Shown here: piece by piece, positions 27,418 through 37,455 of the stretch | How positions within the stretch are numbered: the first letter of the stretch is position 1 | Layout: every line of letters begins with the position of its first letter | Assembly (NCBI GenBank): GCA_030537635.1 | Contig: JAUNVM010000002.1 | Span: 47,049 to 111,048, forward strand | Direction: 5' to 3' | DNA length: 64,000 nt | From: Flaviflexus sp. | Lineage (GTDB): Bacteria > Actinomycetota > Actinomycetes > Actinomycetales > Actinomycetaceae | Notes under the pieces: generated by a model | What the model saw: the letters and a program-made list of their open reading frames with translations, nothing else | What the model was told of the DNA's origin: nothing | The model's database searches: none | Made by a program: the position numbers and the translations under genes

Positions 27418-27472
27418 ACAAACATCTTAGAACATCACGGTGAAATAGCTAGCGTTTTGGCTAATCTTCACC
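27418..27472 (-). promoter_or_regulatory. Candidate leaderless promoter plus inverted-repeat operator of the two-component operon
   Basis: On the minus strand, TAAGAT (27424-27429) ends 6 nt before the GTG start, a spacing expected for a leaderless transcript. An imperfect inverted repeat GGTGAAATAGC..GCTAATCTTCACC spans 27439-27472. Confidence 0.3.
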
Positions 27473-27707
27473 CGAATACGTCCGATCTCCAGGAATAAAA
27501 GGGGCATCCAGTCGAGATCGTCTTGGCTCCTTCTTGGCAAAAAATCGAGCTTCTATGTCCCGGAGGATCCTCCTCGAAAGCGGCGTCTGGGCGGCCTTGC
27601 GGCGCGCTTGCGGCATATTCGCTCCACCCCTGCAGCATTGTCGTCCTCCCCGGGCGGTCCCATCGGCGTCCGGACCCGGGTTCGACTGCTACTGGGCTAC
27701 CCCAGCT

Positions 27708-28739
27708 TCACCGCCGGATCTTGCGGATCTCGAAGGCCTCGATTGATCCCATGCCGGCGAGCTCTTGTTCGCCGAAGGGAACAACCGTATAGTTCGTGAG
27801 ATTGCCGCGGAGCATGGCGGTGGCGGTATCCCGGTCGACAAGGACGGTGCCCTGCGGGGCGACGTCGACGAGGCGGGAGGCGAGATTGACATTCGAGCCG
27901 AACACGTCGCCGAAGGAAGAGACGACGCCGCCCCACACGAGGGAGCCGCGCACGGGCAGCATGCCCTCGATTTTGCCAAGCTCGCTCACGAGGTCGGTAA
28001 CCACTCGGGCTCCGGTGGCGAGATCATCGGCAATGTAGAGAACCGCATCCCCCACCGTCTTCACCACCCGCGCCCCGTTTCGGGCCACAACGTCGCGGCA
28101 GGTGAATTCGAAGTCCCGGATAAAGTTGACAAGCTGGCGGGAACCCAGCTGGCGGGAGCGCATGGTGAAGGCGACGAGATCAACGAAACCCAGCGCCCTC
28201 ATCAGCGGCATCTCCTCGTTCTCCGCGTCCACGCCCCGCCGATCGATCTCAATTTCGGAGCGACGCAAAAAGCCCGCCATGTGCCGCCGCCACGCATACT
28301 TCAGCTGCTCCTCGAGGAAGGGAAGGTATTCATCGATGTGGTCGAGCACCCAGTATCGGGCGGCGACGTCATCGAGCTCGAAGGTGGCTCGGGCGAATTC
28401 GACGAGGGCCTCGTACTGCCACAGCACGAGCCGGTCCGCCATGTGCGACTGGGCGCGGACGAGGGAGGACAGGGCGTCGGTGTTGAGCTTGCCGCCGCGC
28501 ACCTTATCGGCGTGCCGGCGCATGATCTCCACGTCATAGGAGGTGAACACGACATCGTTGATCTCGTCATCGATGCTGGGAAAGCCCATGGCAAGCCAGA
28601 AGCGGCGAGCAAAGGCAATATCAACACCCGCCCGTTCGGCGGCCTCATGGAGCGAATACTGGGCCTGCCCGGTCAACAGCGCGTTGACGCGGCTCTCTAC
28701 CGTCGACGAACCCCGCTCAGGTCTTGTGTTGCGTGTCAC
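27708..28739 (-). CDS. Class III adenylate/guanylate cyclase with an N-terminal helical, possibly HTH-like, regulatory domain
   Basis: Cyclase core ALGFVDLVAFT (metal Asp), VKTVGDAVLYI (second Asp) and GSNVNLASRL (Asn/Arg transition-state pair). The N-terminal part has YSLHEAAERAGVDIAFARRFW. Confidence 0.8.
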   Translation of the reverse strand: MTRNTRPERGSSTVESRVNALLTGQAQYSLHEAAERAGVDIAFARRFWLAMGFPSIDDEINDVVFTSYDVEIMRRHADKVRGGKLNTDALSSLVRAQSHMADRLVLWQYEALVEFARATFELDDVAARYWVLDHIDEYLPFLEEQLKYAWRRHMAGFLRRSEIEIDRRGVDAENEEMPLMRALGFVDLVAFTMRSRQLGSRQLVNFIRDFEFTCRDVVARNGARVVKTVGDAVLYIADDLATGARVVTDLVSELGKIEGMLPVRGSLVWGGVVSSFGDVFGSNVNLASRLVDVAPQGTVLVDRDTATAMLRGNLTNYTVVPFGEQELAGMGSIEAFEIRKIRR

Positions 28740-28807
28740 AGATATAGCCTAGCAGGAAATGATCGCACGTTAAACCTGCGTTTCCGGCTCTCACGTAGTC
28801 TGAGATC

Positions 28808-30376
28808 ATGCACGACACAATTGATGATCTCGCCAATGATTACGTTGCCAAGCTCTGCGAGCTCTCCCCGCTTTTCGCTTCCGAGACGGGGTTGAAGGAC
28901 ACCGGGGATCTCGATGATTTCTCCCCGGAGGGGGCGCAGGCTCACGCCGATCTTCGCCGGAAGGCGCTGGCCGAGCTGGAGGCCCTCCGCCCGCGGGGCG
29001 ACTCGGAGACGGTAACGAAGGCCGCAATGATCGAGCGGCTCACCGCCGAGCAGGCCCTGCACGAGGCCGGCGAGGATATTGGCGTCATCAATCCGATCAG
29101 CTCTCCTATCCAGGCTATTCGCGACTCCTTCGACCTCATGGACACCTCGTGCGAGGAGGGCTGGCAGCTGATCGAACAGCGCGTGGCCCAGATTCCTCAG
29201 GCGCTCGCCTCCTACCGCCGCGCCATCGCCCACCGGGTCGCCTGCGGACCCCAGATCCCGGCCCGCCAGGTGGCCCGCCTGCGCGCCGAGATCGCCGCCA
29301 TCACCCACCCCACCGGCACTCTCGATGATCTTGCCGCCCGCCGCGAGGGCCTCGACGTGGCGAAAGCCAAGCAAGCCTTTGCCGAACTGTCGGATGTGCT
29401 GGCCGAGGTGCCGACAACGACGGTGGATGGGGTTGGTCCCGAGCGTTATCCCGCCCACCTGGCCTACTTCCTCGGCGCCGAGGTCGACATTGACGAAACC
29501 TTTGTCTGGGCCGAGGAGGAGCTGGCCCGGGTCATAGCCGAGCAGGAAGAGACGGTGGGCAAGCTCTACGGCCCGGGCGTCACCGTTCGCGAGGCCATGG
29601 ACCGGCTCAACCGAGATCCGAAGCGGATGATCCACGGGACGGATGCGCTGCGAGAGTGGATGCAGGAGACGGCCGATGACGCCATGTCCGGCATGCTCGA
29701 GCATTTTGACATCCCCCAGCGGCTGCAAACCATCGAAGCCATGGTCATCACCCCCGGCACCGGCGGCATCTACTACACCGGCCCCTCGCAGGACTTCTCC
29801 CGTCCGGGCCGCATGTGGTGGTCGGTTCCCGAGGGGGTCGAGCACTTCAACACGTGGCTGGAAAAGACCACCGTCTACCACGAGGGAGTTCCCGGCCATC
29901 ACCTCCAGATCGGCCTGGCCATTCACCTCGCCGATCAGCTCAACGACTGGCGCCGCTTCGCCTGCTTCGTCTCGGGCCATGCGGAAGGCTGGGCCCTGTA
30001 CGCCGAGCGGCTCATGGCCGAGCTGGGCTACCTGGAAGATCCGGGCGACTACCTTGGCATGCTGGACTCGCAGCGCCTGCGGATTACCCGCGTTCTCGTC
30101 GACATTGGCGCGCACACCCGGGGGTGGAGCTACGAGCAGGCCTGGCAGATGCTCACCGAGAACGTGGCGATGGACCGGAACTTCCTGCGCTTTGAGCTCG
30201 ACCGTTATCTTGGCTGGCCGGGCCAGTCCCCCTCCTACAAGATCGGCCAGCGGCTGTGGGAAAACGAGCGGACGGAGGCCCTGGGCCGCGGAGAGTCCCT
30301 GAGGGAATTCCACGCCCGCGCGCTCAGCCTGGGCACCCTCGGATTGGATGTGCTCCATGAAGCTCTGTCTCGCTAG
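28808..30376 (+). CDS. DUF885 family protein (putative metallopeptidase-like)
   Basis: 522 aa. The region YHEGVPGHHLQ and the overall helical pattern are typical of DUF885. Confidence 0.7.
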   Translation: MHDTIDDLANDYVAKLCELSPLFASETGLKDTGDLDDFSPEGAQAHADLRRKALAELEALRPRGDSETVTKAAMIERLTAEQALHEAGEDIGVINPISSPIQAIRDSFDLMDTSCEEGWQLIEQRVAQIPQALASYRRAIAHRVACGPQIPARQVARLRAEIAAITHPTGTLDDLAARREGLDVAKAKQAFAELSDVLAEVPTTTVDGVGPERYPAHLAYFLGAEVDIDETFVWAEEELARVIAEQEETVGKLYGPGVTVREAMDRLNRDPKRMIHGTDALREWMQETADDAMSGMLEHFDIPQRLQTIEAMVITPGTGGIYYTGPSQDFSRPGRMWWSVPEGVEHFNTWLEKTTVYHEGVPGHHLQIGLAIHLADQLNDWRRFACFVSGHAEGWALYAERLMAELGYLEDPGDYLGMLDSQRLRITRVLVDIGAHTRGWSYEQAWQMLTENVAMDRNFLRFELDRYLGWPGQSPSYKIGQRLWENERTEALGRGESLREFHARALSLGTLGLDVLHEALSR

Positions 30377-30950
30377 CGCCTCCCCGGCCCGCCGGGAGGT
30401 TCTCACCCGGGCCGGGATCGCCCACGAGGTCGCGGTCTCCCACGTCGACGAGGAGGCTCTGCTGGCCACTCTCGGGCCGGCAAGCCCGGCCGAGGAGGTG
30501 CTCGCGCTTGCTCGGGCCAAGGCCGAGGACGTGGCGGCAACCGGATACTCCCTCGTCATCGGCTGCGATTCGATGTTTGAGTATCGCGGTGACGTCTACG
30601 GCAAGCCGCATACCCGCGAGATCGCCCGCGAGCGCCTGAAGGCCATGTCCGGCGGAACCGGGGTGTTGCACACGGGGCATTGGCTCATCACCCCCACCTG
30701 GTGCGGTGGGGCGGTCTCGCATGCGAACGTCACCATTGCCGAGCTCACCGAGGAGGAGATCGAGGACTACCTGGATACTGGCGAGCCGCTCGAGGTGGCC
30801 GGCTGCTTCACCATCGACGGCCTCGGCGGCCCGTTTATCTCCCATATCGAGGGCGATCACCACGGCATCATCGGCCTGTCCCTGCCGCTGCTGCGCGAGC
30901 TGCTCATGGAATCCGGCCACTCCATCACCGAGCTGTGGCATGGATGCTGA
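30357..30950 (+). CDS. maf: Maf-like nucleoside-triphosphate pyrophosphatase
   Basis: MKLCLASASPARREVL..VIGCDS..GKP..YxIDGLG-type motifs (FTIDGLGGPFISHIEGD). The ORF track begins at 30348; I chose the start at the conserved MKLxLAS. Confidence 0.8.
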   Translation: MKLCLASASPARREVLTRAGIAHEVAVSHVDEEALLATLGPASPAEEVLALARAKAEDVAATGYSLVIGCDSMFEYRGDVYGKPHTREIARERLKAMSGGTGVLHTGHWLITPTWCGGAVSHANVTIAELTEEEIEDYLDTGEPLEVAGCFTIDGLGGPFISHIEGDHHGIIGLSLPLLRELLMESGHSITELWHGC

Positions 30951-31629
30951 CGGATTCGTCGACTGCTCCTGCGGCAATCGCCACTGGGGCCGGAACGGGG
31001 CGGCCGGGGTGCTCGCCTGGCGCGAGGGCGAGGTGCTCGCCCAGCTGCGGGCACCGCGCTCAATCAGCGGCGGCACGTGGGGATTTCCCGGCGGGGCCAT
31101 CGCCTGGGCGGAAACCCCGATTGCCGGGGCGCTGCGCGAGGCTCGGGAGGAGGCCGGGCTGAAACGCCCACGGATCTGGGCCACCACGACCGAGGATCAC
31201 GGGCCCTGGTCCTATACCTCTGTCCTCGCCGAGGCGGCCCAGGGTCAGCGGGCGTGCGCGACCGACCGGGAATCGAGTGAGATTGCTTGGCTGGCCTGGC
31301 CGGAGTTTTGCTCTCGGGAACTCATGGGGGCGGTGGCTGACTCCCTTCCCCTTCTCGGCGCCCTGCTGGGCCGTTGCCTTCTCGTCGCCGATATCGAGGT
31401 GGATCCCTCCGCGCTCCAGGCCGGCATCCCCCTCGAGGCCCTGCCCGCCGCCCACGACATCGCGGCGGCGCGTGCAGCGTGTCCGGGAAGGCGCTCGGTG
31501 CGCCTCTTTCCGGCGGTGGCCGATGATGATGCCGCTCCCGCTTCCGCCTCGGCGGCCACGGGAGCCGGCTACCGCTATGTCTTCCGTGCTTCCCAGGTGG
31601 ACTGGGCCGCAGCCGGGCTGGCGGGCTAG
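30940..31629 (+). CDS. NUDIX hydrolase with a ~100-aa C-terminal extension
   Basis: Nudix box GGTWGFPGGAIAWAETPIAGALREAREEAGL. ATG 30940 overlaps the maf stop (30948-30950). The upstream part of ORF 30706 lies inside maf. Confidence 0.7.
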   Translation: MDADGFVDCSCGNRHWGRNGAAGVLAWREGEVLAQLRAPRSISGGTWGFPGGAIAWAETPIAGALREAREEAGLKRPRIWATTTEDHGPWSYTSVLAEAAQGQRACATDRESSEIAWLAWPEFCSRELMGAVADSLPLLGALLGRCLLVADIEVDPSALQAGIPLEALPAAHDIAAARAACPGRRSVRLFPAVADDDAAPASASAATGAGYRYVFRASQVDWAAAGLAG

Positions 31630-32732
31630 TCGAACAGGGGCGTAGCCAGGCGCGTGGCCGCGAGCTCGATGAGCTCATCGGAGGCGGTGAGGGACATGCG
31701 GATATGATCGTCGCAGTCGTAGAAGGTGCCGGGGGCGACGATGATGCCGCGGGAGGCCAGCGCGGAAACGATCTCCTCGGCGTCGTGCCCGGGCGCGCTC
31801 AGCCACAGGTAGAGGCCGGCCGCGGTCTGCGGATCGGCCTCAAGGCCGGCGGCGGCGACGGCGCTCCGGAGAATCTCGCGCCGGCGAGCATACACCCGAC
31901 GCTGGTTCTCGACGTGATCATCATCAGCCAACACGGCGGTCATGGCGGCGATGACCGGGCCGGGAAGCATGAAGCCGGCGTGCCGGCGAGCCTCACGGAT
32001 CGGGGCGAGAAGCTCCTTATCCCCGGCGATCATGGCGGCCCGGTAGCCCGCGAGATTTGACTGCTTGGACAGGGAGTACAGGGCGAGCAGTCCGGTGTCA
32101 TCTCCCCCGCACACATCGCTGCTCAGCAGCGAGGGTGCCGGCTCAACGCCGTCGGGCACGATTTCCGCGTAGCACTCATCGGAGGCGACGATGACGGAGT
32201 TGGCGCGCGCCCAGGCGATCATGGCGCGCAGCTGATCCCGATCGAGCACGTGACCATCGGGATTACCCGGGGAATTGATCCACAGCAGGTCTCCCTGCGG
32301 GAAGGTGGCGGGATCGGCCTCCGGGTCAATGGCGATGGGGGTGGCTCCGGACAGGCGGGCGCCCACCTCGTAGGTGGGATAGGCACGCGCAGGCATGAGC
32401 ACCCGGGCTCCCTCGCCCAGGCTGAGGAAGGAGGGCAGCAGGGCCACCATTTCCTTCGAGCCGATAGTCGGGATAATCGCGGACGGGTGGGCACCGCGCC
32501 TACGCTCCCACCAGCCGGCCATGGCCTGCTCCAGCCGCTCCCCGCCCATCGCCGGAGGATATCCGGGATGGTTGACGGCCGCGATCATAGCCTCGGTGGC
32601 GCTGGCCGGGCACGGGTCGACCGGGGTGCCGATCGACAGGTCAATGACGGGGGCGTGGCGGGCCGCCTCGGCCCGGGCCGGCCCCAGGGAGTCCCACGGA
32701 AAGTCCGGCAGGGCGCCGGGATAAAGGGCCAC
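31626..32732 (-). CDS. dapC: Class I/II PLP aminotransferase, succinyldiaminopimelate aminotransferase-like
   Basis: DLSIGTPVDP..; the motif SLSKQSNLAGYR (PLP lysine). Adjacency to the 7Fe ferredoxin gene matches, from memory, the arrangement in corynebacteria and mycobacteria. Confidence 0.6.
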   Translation of the reverse strand: MALYPGALPDFPWDSLGPARAEAARHAPVIDLSIGTPVDPCPASATEAMIAAVNHPGYPPAMGGERLEQAMAGWWERRRGAHPSAIIPTIGSKEMVALLPSFLSLGEGARVLMPARAYPTYEVGARLSGATPIAIDPEADPATFPQGDLLWINSPGNPDGHVLDRDQLRAMIAWARANSVIVASDECYAEIVPDGVEPAPSLLSSDVCGGDDTGLLALYSLSKQSNLAGYRAAMIAGDKELLAPIREARRHAGFMLPGPVIAAMTAVLADDDHVENQRRVYARRREILRSAVAAAGLEADPQTAAGLYLWLSAPGHDAEEIVSALASRGIIVAPGTFYDCDDHIRMSLTASDELIELAATRLATPLFD

Positions 32733-32734
32733 GG

Positions 32735-33058
32735 TTAGTCGTTGGGATTCGGGGGCAGATTGGCAATGAGCGGGTGATCATAATCTTGCGGCCCCATCTT
32801 GGCCGCGCCGCCGGGCGAACCGAGCTTGTCGAAGAACTCAACGTTCGCGTCATAGTATTCGGACCACTCCTCGGGTAGGTCATCCTCGTAATAGATGGCC
32901 TCCACCGGGCATACGGGTTCGCAAGCCCCGCAGTCCACGCATTCATCGGGGTGGATATACAAGCTCCGTTGCCCCTCGTAGATGCAATCAACCGGGCATT
33001 CATCAACGCAGGCTCGGTCCTTGACGTCGACGCACGGCAGTGCGATCACGTAGGTCAC
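32735..33058 (-). CDS. fdxA: 7Fe ferredoxin ([3Fe-4S][4Fe-4S])
   Basis: MTYVIALPCVDVKDRACVDECPVDCIYEG..HPDECVDCGACEPVCPVEAI. Confidence 0.9.
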   Translation of the reverse strand: MTYVIALPCVDVKDRACVDECPVDCIYEGQRSLYIHPDECVDCGACEPVCPVEAIYYEDDLPEEWSEYYDANVEFFDKLGSPGGAAKMGPQDYDHPLIANLPPNPND

Positions 33059-33123
33059 GAAATCTATCCTTCCTCAGAGTCACGAGCGCGGGCATGGTTG
33101 CGGTCATTCGCAACGTTCCGCAA

Positions 33124-34923
33124 TTATCCGCAGCGTTCAGCGTCGCTTGGCTGGTAGGTCCACGTGTAAGAATTATCGTAGACGGTTTTACCGTCGTGGG
33201 AAACAATGCGGTGTACGTCCACAGAGAAACCGGGCCCGCCGGCATTGTGCGGCACGCAGTCCGGCGAGGTGTTGGTCTTCACCGAGGGCTGCTTGACGTT
33301 GTAGGGCTCGGATACTCGCAGGTCAACATCGTAATACTTGGTCGACCACAGGCGGGCCTTCACCTGACCATCGGCGACCCAGGTCTCCACGAGCGCCGCG
33401 TACGGGGTGGTGTTCTTCCATCTCATATCCAGGTCCGGGGACCACAGGGTCGACTCGACGCCTCGGGGGTATCGGGAGAAGTAACGCGAATGCGGCTTGT
33501 GCTGGATATCCTCCATGCCCGAGCGGTAGCCGAGATTGAAGGTGTTCGTCGACAGCTGGGACAGACCGCCGCCCAGCGCGGTCGTGGCAAAGCCCTCAAC
33601 GACCACGCCGGAGGACACGAAGCCGCGCTCCGCGGTGATCGGGCCGAGGGCGGTGAGTAGGGAGAATTCCTCCCCGGGCATGACCAGCGTGCCGTTGACG
33701 AGCTGGGTGCCGGTGATGAGGTTCTGGGTGCGGATCCGGTTCGCGGTCAGCGGGGTCTCGATCGAGGCCACCACCTCCTTGACGCCGAGCTCGTGTGCCT
33801 TCTCGGTGGTGAGCTCGGGCTTGGCGATGGTGAGCTCGGCGGCCACGGTGCGCGCCTCACCGGAGGCGAAGGCGGCGGCGTCAATCTTCTCACCCAGTTG
33901 TTCCTCGTCGATGGACTTGCCGTCGACGGATTCGATGACCACCGGACCGTTGTGACCATCGAGCTCAATCCGCGCATCCTTCGGCTCCACGAGCAGATCG
34001 GACACCTGGGAGCGCACCGCTTCGACCAGCTGGTCGGTGTCGAGGTTGAGCTTGAGCGTGCCATCGGCGGGTTCGAAGGAGGCGGCGGCGGCAAGATCGG
34101 CCTCGGTGAGGCGGGCGGTGGTCTCCCCCACCGTCACCTCGACCGGTCCGGAGACCAGCGGCTCGGCCTGCGTAGAGCGAACCTGCTCAATGTCCTCGTT
34201 GGTGATTTCGGGGTCGACCGGGATGGCGGGCACCTCGATGGGTCGGGGTGCGCTCACCCAGCCCTGCCCGATCGTGTCCTGGGCGGCATCGATGTCGATG
34301 CCGGTGCCCTCCACCTCATCGGTGGTTTCAATGGTCGATCCGGCAAAGGAAATCGAGGCATTCTCGGGGGCAACGTGAATGCTCTCGTTGAGGTCAATGA
34401 GTTGGGCGCGCAGCTGCTCTTCATCGTAGGTGAGCAGCACGTCTTCGGCTCCCCCGCCAGTCATCCGGTCCCATAGCAGGGCCGGATTGAGGGTGAAGCC
34501 GGTGAGGCGGTCAATCATGGTGTCGTAGTCGAGCTCCACCCCGGCGGCCACCGGATCCACCTCGCCGGACAGGTCGGTACCCGCAACGGTCACCGGGACG
34601 GCCTCGGTCACGAGATTGGTGGTGTCGGCCTCAAGCTTCTTTTGAGCATCCGCCGCCGTCATACCGCCGATGTCAACACCGGCAATGGTGGCATTGGCCG
34701 GTGTACGTCCGGCAAAGTACGCCGCAACGCCGCCGTAGGCGGCCACGAGCAGGGCGATGATGCCGAGGGTGGAAAGAAGGGGAACGAGGCGCTTCTTGCG
34801 CTTCTTCGGTGAAGCGTCGGCCTCCTCGCCGGTCTCTCCCTCCACTTCGATGACCTCATCATCCGAAGCGGGCAGAAAAGCTGGGGCCTCCCCCTCCGGC
34901 CACTCCTTATCGTGATCTGCCAT
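33124..34923 (-). CDS. VanW-domain protein, membrane-anchored and extracytoplasmic
   Basis: An N-terminal acidic tail, then TM helix LLSTLGIIALLVAAYGGVAAYF. The C-terminal VanW core has FSLLTALGPITAERGF..GGGLSQLSTNTFN. Confidence 0.75.
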   Translation of the reverse strand: MADHDKEWPEGEAPAFLPASDDEVIEVEGETGEEADASPKKRKKRLVPLLSTLGIIALLVAAYGGVAAYFAGRTPANATIAGVDIGGMTAADAQKKLEADTTNLVTEAVPVTVAGTDLSGEVDPVAAGVELDYDTMIDRLTGFTLNPALLWDRMTGGGAEDVLLTYDEEQLRAQLIDLNESIHVAPENASISFAGSTIETTDEVEGTGIDIDAAQDTIGQGWVSAPRPIEVPAIPVDPEITNEDIEQVRSTQAEPLVSGPVEVTVGETTARLTEADLAAAASFEPADGTLKLNLDTDQLVEAVRSQVSDLLVEPKDARIELDGHNGPVVIESVDGKSIDEEQLGEKIDAAAFASGEARTVAAELTIAKPELTTEKAHELGVKEVVASIETPLTANRIRTQNLITGTQLVNGTLVMPGEEFSLLTALGPITAERGFVSSGVVVEGFATTALGGGLSQLSTNTFNLGYRSGMEDIQHKPHSRYFSRYPRGVESTLWSPDLDMRWKNTTPYAALVETWVADGQVKARLWSTKYYDVDLRVSEPYNVKQPSVKTNTSPDCVPHNAGGPGFSVDVHRIVSHDGKTVYDNSYTWTYQPSDAERCG

Positions 34924-34925
34924 GA

Positions 34926-35471
34926 CTACCTCTTCTCGTGCTCACGCACATCATACCGATTGGCCTTCACCCCGGGCATAGGCCGGTCGGGCCGGCTCAT
35001 GTGAAGCTCGCTGCCCCGGTGGCCCGGAAGGTCCCCAGGATGGGGCTCATCCGCCCTGAGCTGTCCCGAGGCGCGGCCTCCCCGCATCATGATCGCGGCG
35101 GTCAGCAGGCCGCATGCCCCGCCGAGGAGCAGGCAGGCGGGGGTGCCCCACAGCCACAGCGCCCGGTTGCCGGTATCCCCCACCAGGTCGCCCCGGCCGA
35201 TGATCCCGGCAAGCAGGCCGAGTGGAATCGTCATGGCGGCCGCGACGTAGCACAGGTAGGCGGTGAGCCCGCCCAGCAGCATGTAGGCGGCCGCGCCGGC
35301 AATGGCGGTCAGCAACGCGACGGTCATCCCGGTGGTCCCGCCGTCAATACCGCCGGCGTGGGTGACCGCGCCGAGCAGCGTGGTGAGCACCCCGGTGACA
35401 ATCGCCGAAAGCAGCAGCACCAGCCGGGAGGGGCGGGTGAGATGAGGTCCGGACAGCAATCGCATGGGCAC
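34926..35471 (-). CDS. Hypothetical membrane protein (4 predicted TM helices)
   Basis: 181-aa ORF, Gly/Ala/Leu-rich helices, 2-nt gap to the VanW gene. No recognisable family. Confidence 0.45.
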   Translation of the reverse strand: MPMRLLSGPHLTRPSRLVLLLSAIVTGVLTTLLGAVTHAGGIDGGTTGMTVALLTAIAGAAAYMLLGGLTAYLCYVAAAMTIPLGLLAGIIGRGDLVGDTGNRALWLWGTPACLLLGGACGLLTAAIMMRGGRASGQLRADEPHPGDLPGHRGSELHMSRPDRPMPGVKANRYDVREHEKR

Positions 35472-35475
35472 TATT

Positions 35476-37383
35476 CTACGAGCGGGCCTGGGCGCGGCGT
35501 GCGGCGCGGTAACGTTCGGTGGAGCCGAGGATGACCTTGCGGATGCGAACGATCTCGGGGGTCACCTCGACACATTCATCCTCGCGAGCAAATTCCAGGG
35601 ATTCCTCAAGCGTGAGCTTGCGCGGGGGCACGAGCCGCTCGTAAACATCGGCGGTCGAGGAGCGCATGTTCGTCAGCTCCTTCGTGCGCACCACATTGAC
35701 GTCCATGTCCTCCCCGCGCGGGGATTCGCCCACCACTTGGCCCTCGTAGACATCCGAGGTGGGTTCGACAAAAAAGGTTCCTCGGTCCTCGAGGCGCAGC
35801 AGGGCGTACGGCGTCACCTGACCGGCACGGTCCGAGACGAGGGATCCGGTGGACCGGGATTCAATCTCCCCGGCCCAGGGTCCGTAATCCTCAAAGATCG
35901 AGGAGGCGATACCGCTGCCCCGGGTGACGGTGAGGAAGTTCGTGCGGAAACCGATGAGGCCGCGGGCGGGAACGACGTAGTCGAGGCGCACCCAGCCAGA
36001 GCCGTGATTGGCCATCGACTCCATACGCCCGCGCCTCGCCGCCATGAGCTGAGTGACGGTGCCCAGATGCTCCTCGGGCACATCAATCGTCATCCGCTCA
36101 TACGGTTCGAGGGTCTTGCCGTCGATGACCCGGGTGACCACCTGGGGCTTGCCGACGGTGAGCTCGAAGCCCTCCCTCCTCATCTGTTCGACGAGAATGG
36201 CGAGCGCGAGCTCTCCTCGGCCCTGCACCTCCCAGGCATCCGGCCGCTCGGTGGGCAGGACCCGGATGGAGACATTGCCAATGAGTTCACGCTGGAGGCG
36301 ATCCGAAACCTGACGGGCGGTGAGCTTGTGCCCGGATACGCGCCCGGCGAGCGGGGAGGTGTTGATGCCAATGGTCAGCGAGATTGCCGGCTCATCAACC
36401 CGAATCGGGGGAAGGGGGCGAGAATCCTCCGGATCGACGAGCGAATCGCCGATCGTGATATCGGGAATCCCGGCCACGGCGACAATATCGCCGGCCCCGG
36501 CCCGCTGGGCGGGCACGCGGGTGAGGCCCACCGTGGTGAGCAGCTCGGAGATGTGCACCTTGGAGATCGTGCCGTCGGCGCGGGCCAGGCCCACGGTTGC
36601 GCCCTTGACGAGCTCGCCGGAGTGAATGCGGGTGAGCGCGAGGCGGCCCAGGAAGGGTGAGGCGTCGAGGTTCGTCACCTGGGCGGCCAGCGGAGCATCC
36701 GGATCCACGCTCGGCGGCGGCATGTGCTCCATGATGGCGCCGAACAGGGGCTCGAGATTCTCCGAGGCGGGCAGCGAGCCATTGGCGGGCGGCTCCCAGT
36801 CGGCCCGACCGGCCTTTGCCGAGGCGTAAATGACCGGAACCTCGAGGAGGGAGTCAACGTCCACCTCGGCATCCTCGCCCTCGAGATCCGAGGCAAGGGA
36901 GAGCAGCAGGTCCGTGGTTTCTTCGACCACCTCGGCAATCCGAGCATCCGGCCGATCAACCTTGTTGACGACGATGATGACGGGAAGATTTGCGAGCAGG
37001 GCCTTGCGCAGCACAAAGCGGGTCTGCGGCAGTGGCCCCTCGGAGGCGTCCACGAGGAGGAGAACCCCGTCAACCATGGAGATGGCGCGCTCAACCTCGC
37101 CACCAAAGTCCGCGTGGCCGGGAGTATCGACAACGTTAATGGTGACGGGGCCGCTCGTGGCATGCGGGCCGCGGTAAGTGACGGCGGTGTTCTTCGCGAG
37201 GATGGTGATGCCCTTCTCACGCTCGAGATCGCCGGAATCCATGACCCGCTCCCCGGTTGATTCCGTCGTGGCGTGCGGGTCGAAGACCCCGGACTGCCAC
37301 AGCATGGCGTCAACAAGGGTGGTTTTCCCATGATCGACATGGGCAACGATGGCGATATTGCGCAAATCCTCGCGAGTGTTCAT
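35476..37383 (-). CDS. typA: Translational GTPase TypA/BipA
   Basis: [28 protein letters not shown] (G1), [14 protein letters not shown] (G3), NKVDR (G4). I placed the start at ATG 37383; the ORF track's upstream extension has no homology-like content. Confidence 0.95.
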   Translation of the reverse strand: MNTREDLRNIAIVAHVDHGKTTLVDAMLWQSGVFDPHATTESTGERVMDSGDLEREKGITILAKNTAVTYRGPHATSGPVTINVVDTPGHADFGGEVERAISMVDGVLLLVDASEGPLPQTRFVLRKALLANLPVIIVVNKVDRPDARIAEVVEETTDLLLSLASDLEGEDAEVDVDSLLEVPVIYASAKAGRADWEPPANGSLPASENLEPLFGAIMEHMPPPSVDPDAPLAAQVTNLDASPFLGRLALTRIHSGELVKGATVGLARADGTISKVHISELLTTVGLTRVPAQRAGAGDIVAVAGIPDITIGDSLVDPEDSRPLPPIRVDEPAISLTIGINTSPLAGRVSGHKLTARQVSDRLQRELIGNVSIRVLPTERPDAWEVQGRGELALAILVEQMRREGFELTVGKPQVVTRVIDGKTLEPYERMTIDVPEEHLGTVTQLMAARRGRMESMANHGSGWVRLDYVVPARGLIGFRTNFLTVTRGSGIASSIFEDYGPWAGEIESRSTGSLVSDRAGQVTPYALLRLEDRGTFFVEPTSDVYEGQVVGESPRGEDMDVNVVRTKELTNMRSSTADVYERLVPPRKLTLEESLEFAREDECVEVTPEIVRIRKVILGSTERYRAARRAQARS

Positions 37384-37455
37384 ACGCGTCTTCCTTCTCT
37401 GGGCCCGACGCGGGCCCCGATTCATCCTACGCGCCCCACGGCTAGACTTGGGGCC

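Noticed and set aside
27655-27700. tRNA-like T-loop sequence GGGTTCGACTG in the gap downstream of the cyclase gene
   Set aside because: The flanking bases do not form a T-stem, and no acceptor, D or anticodon arms can be drawn. This is a chance match.
28736-30559. 607-aa ORF on the minus strand opposite the DUF885 and maf genes
   Set aside because: It is antisense to genes with clear family motifs, has low-complexity G/A/R/L/P-rich translation and has no recognisable domain.
33059-33123. Short hairpin GTTGCG-GTCATT-CGCAAC between the VanW and ferredoxin genes as a terminator or attenuator
   Set aside because: The stem is only 6 bp with no U-tract, so it is too weak to call on sequence alone.
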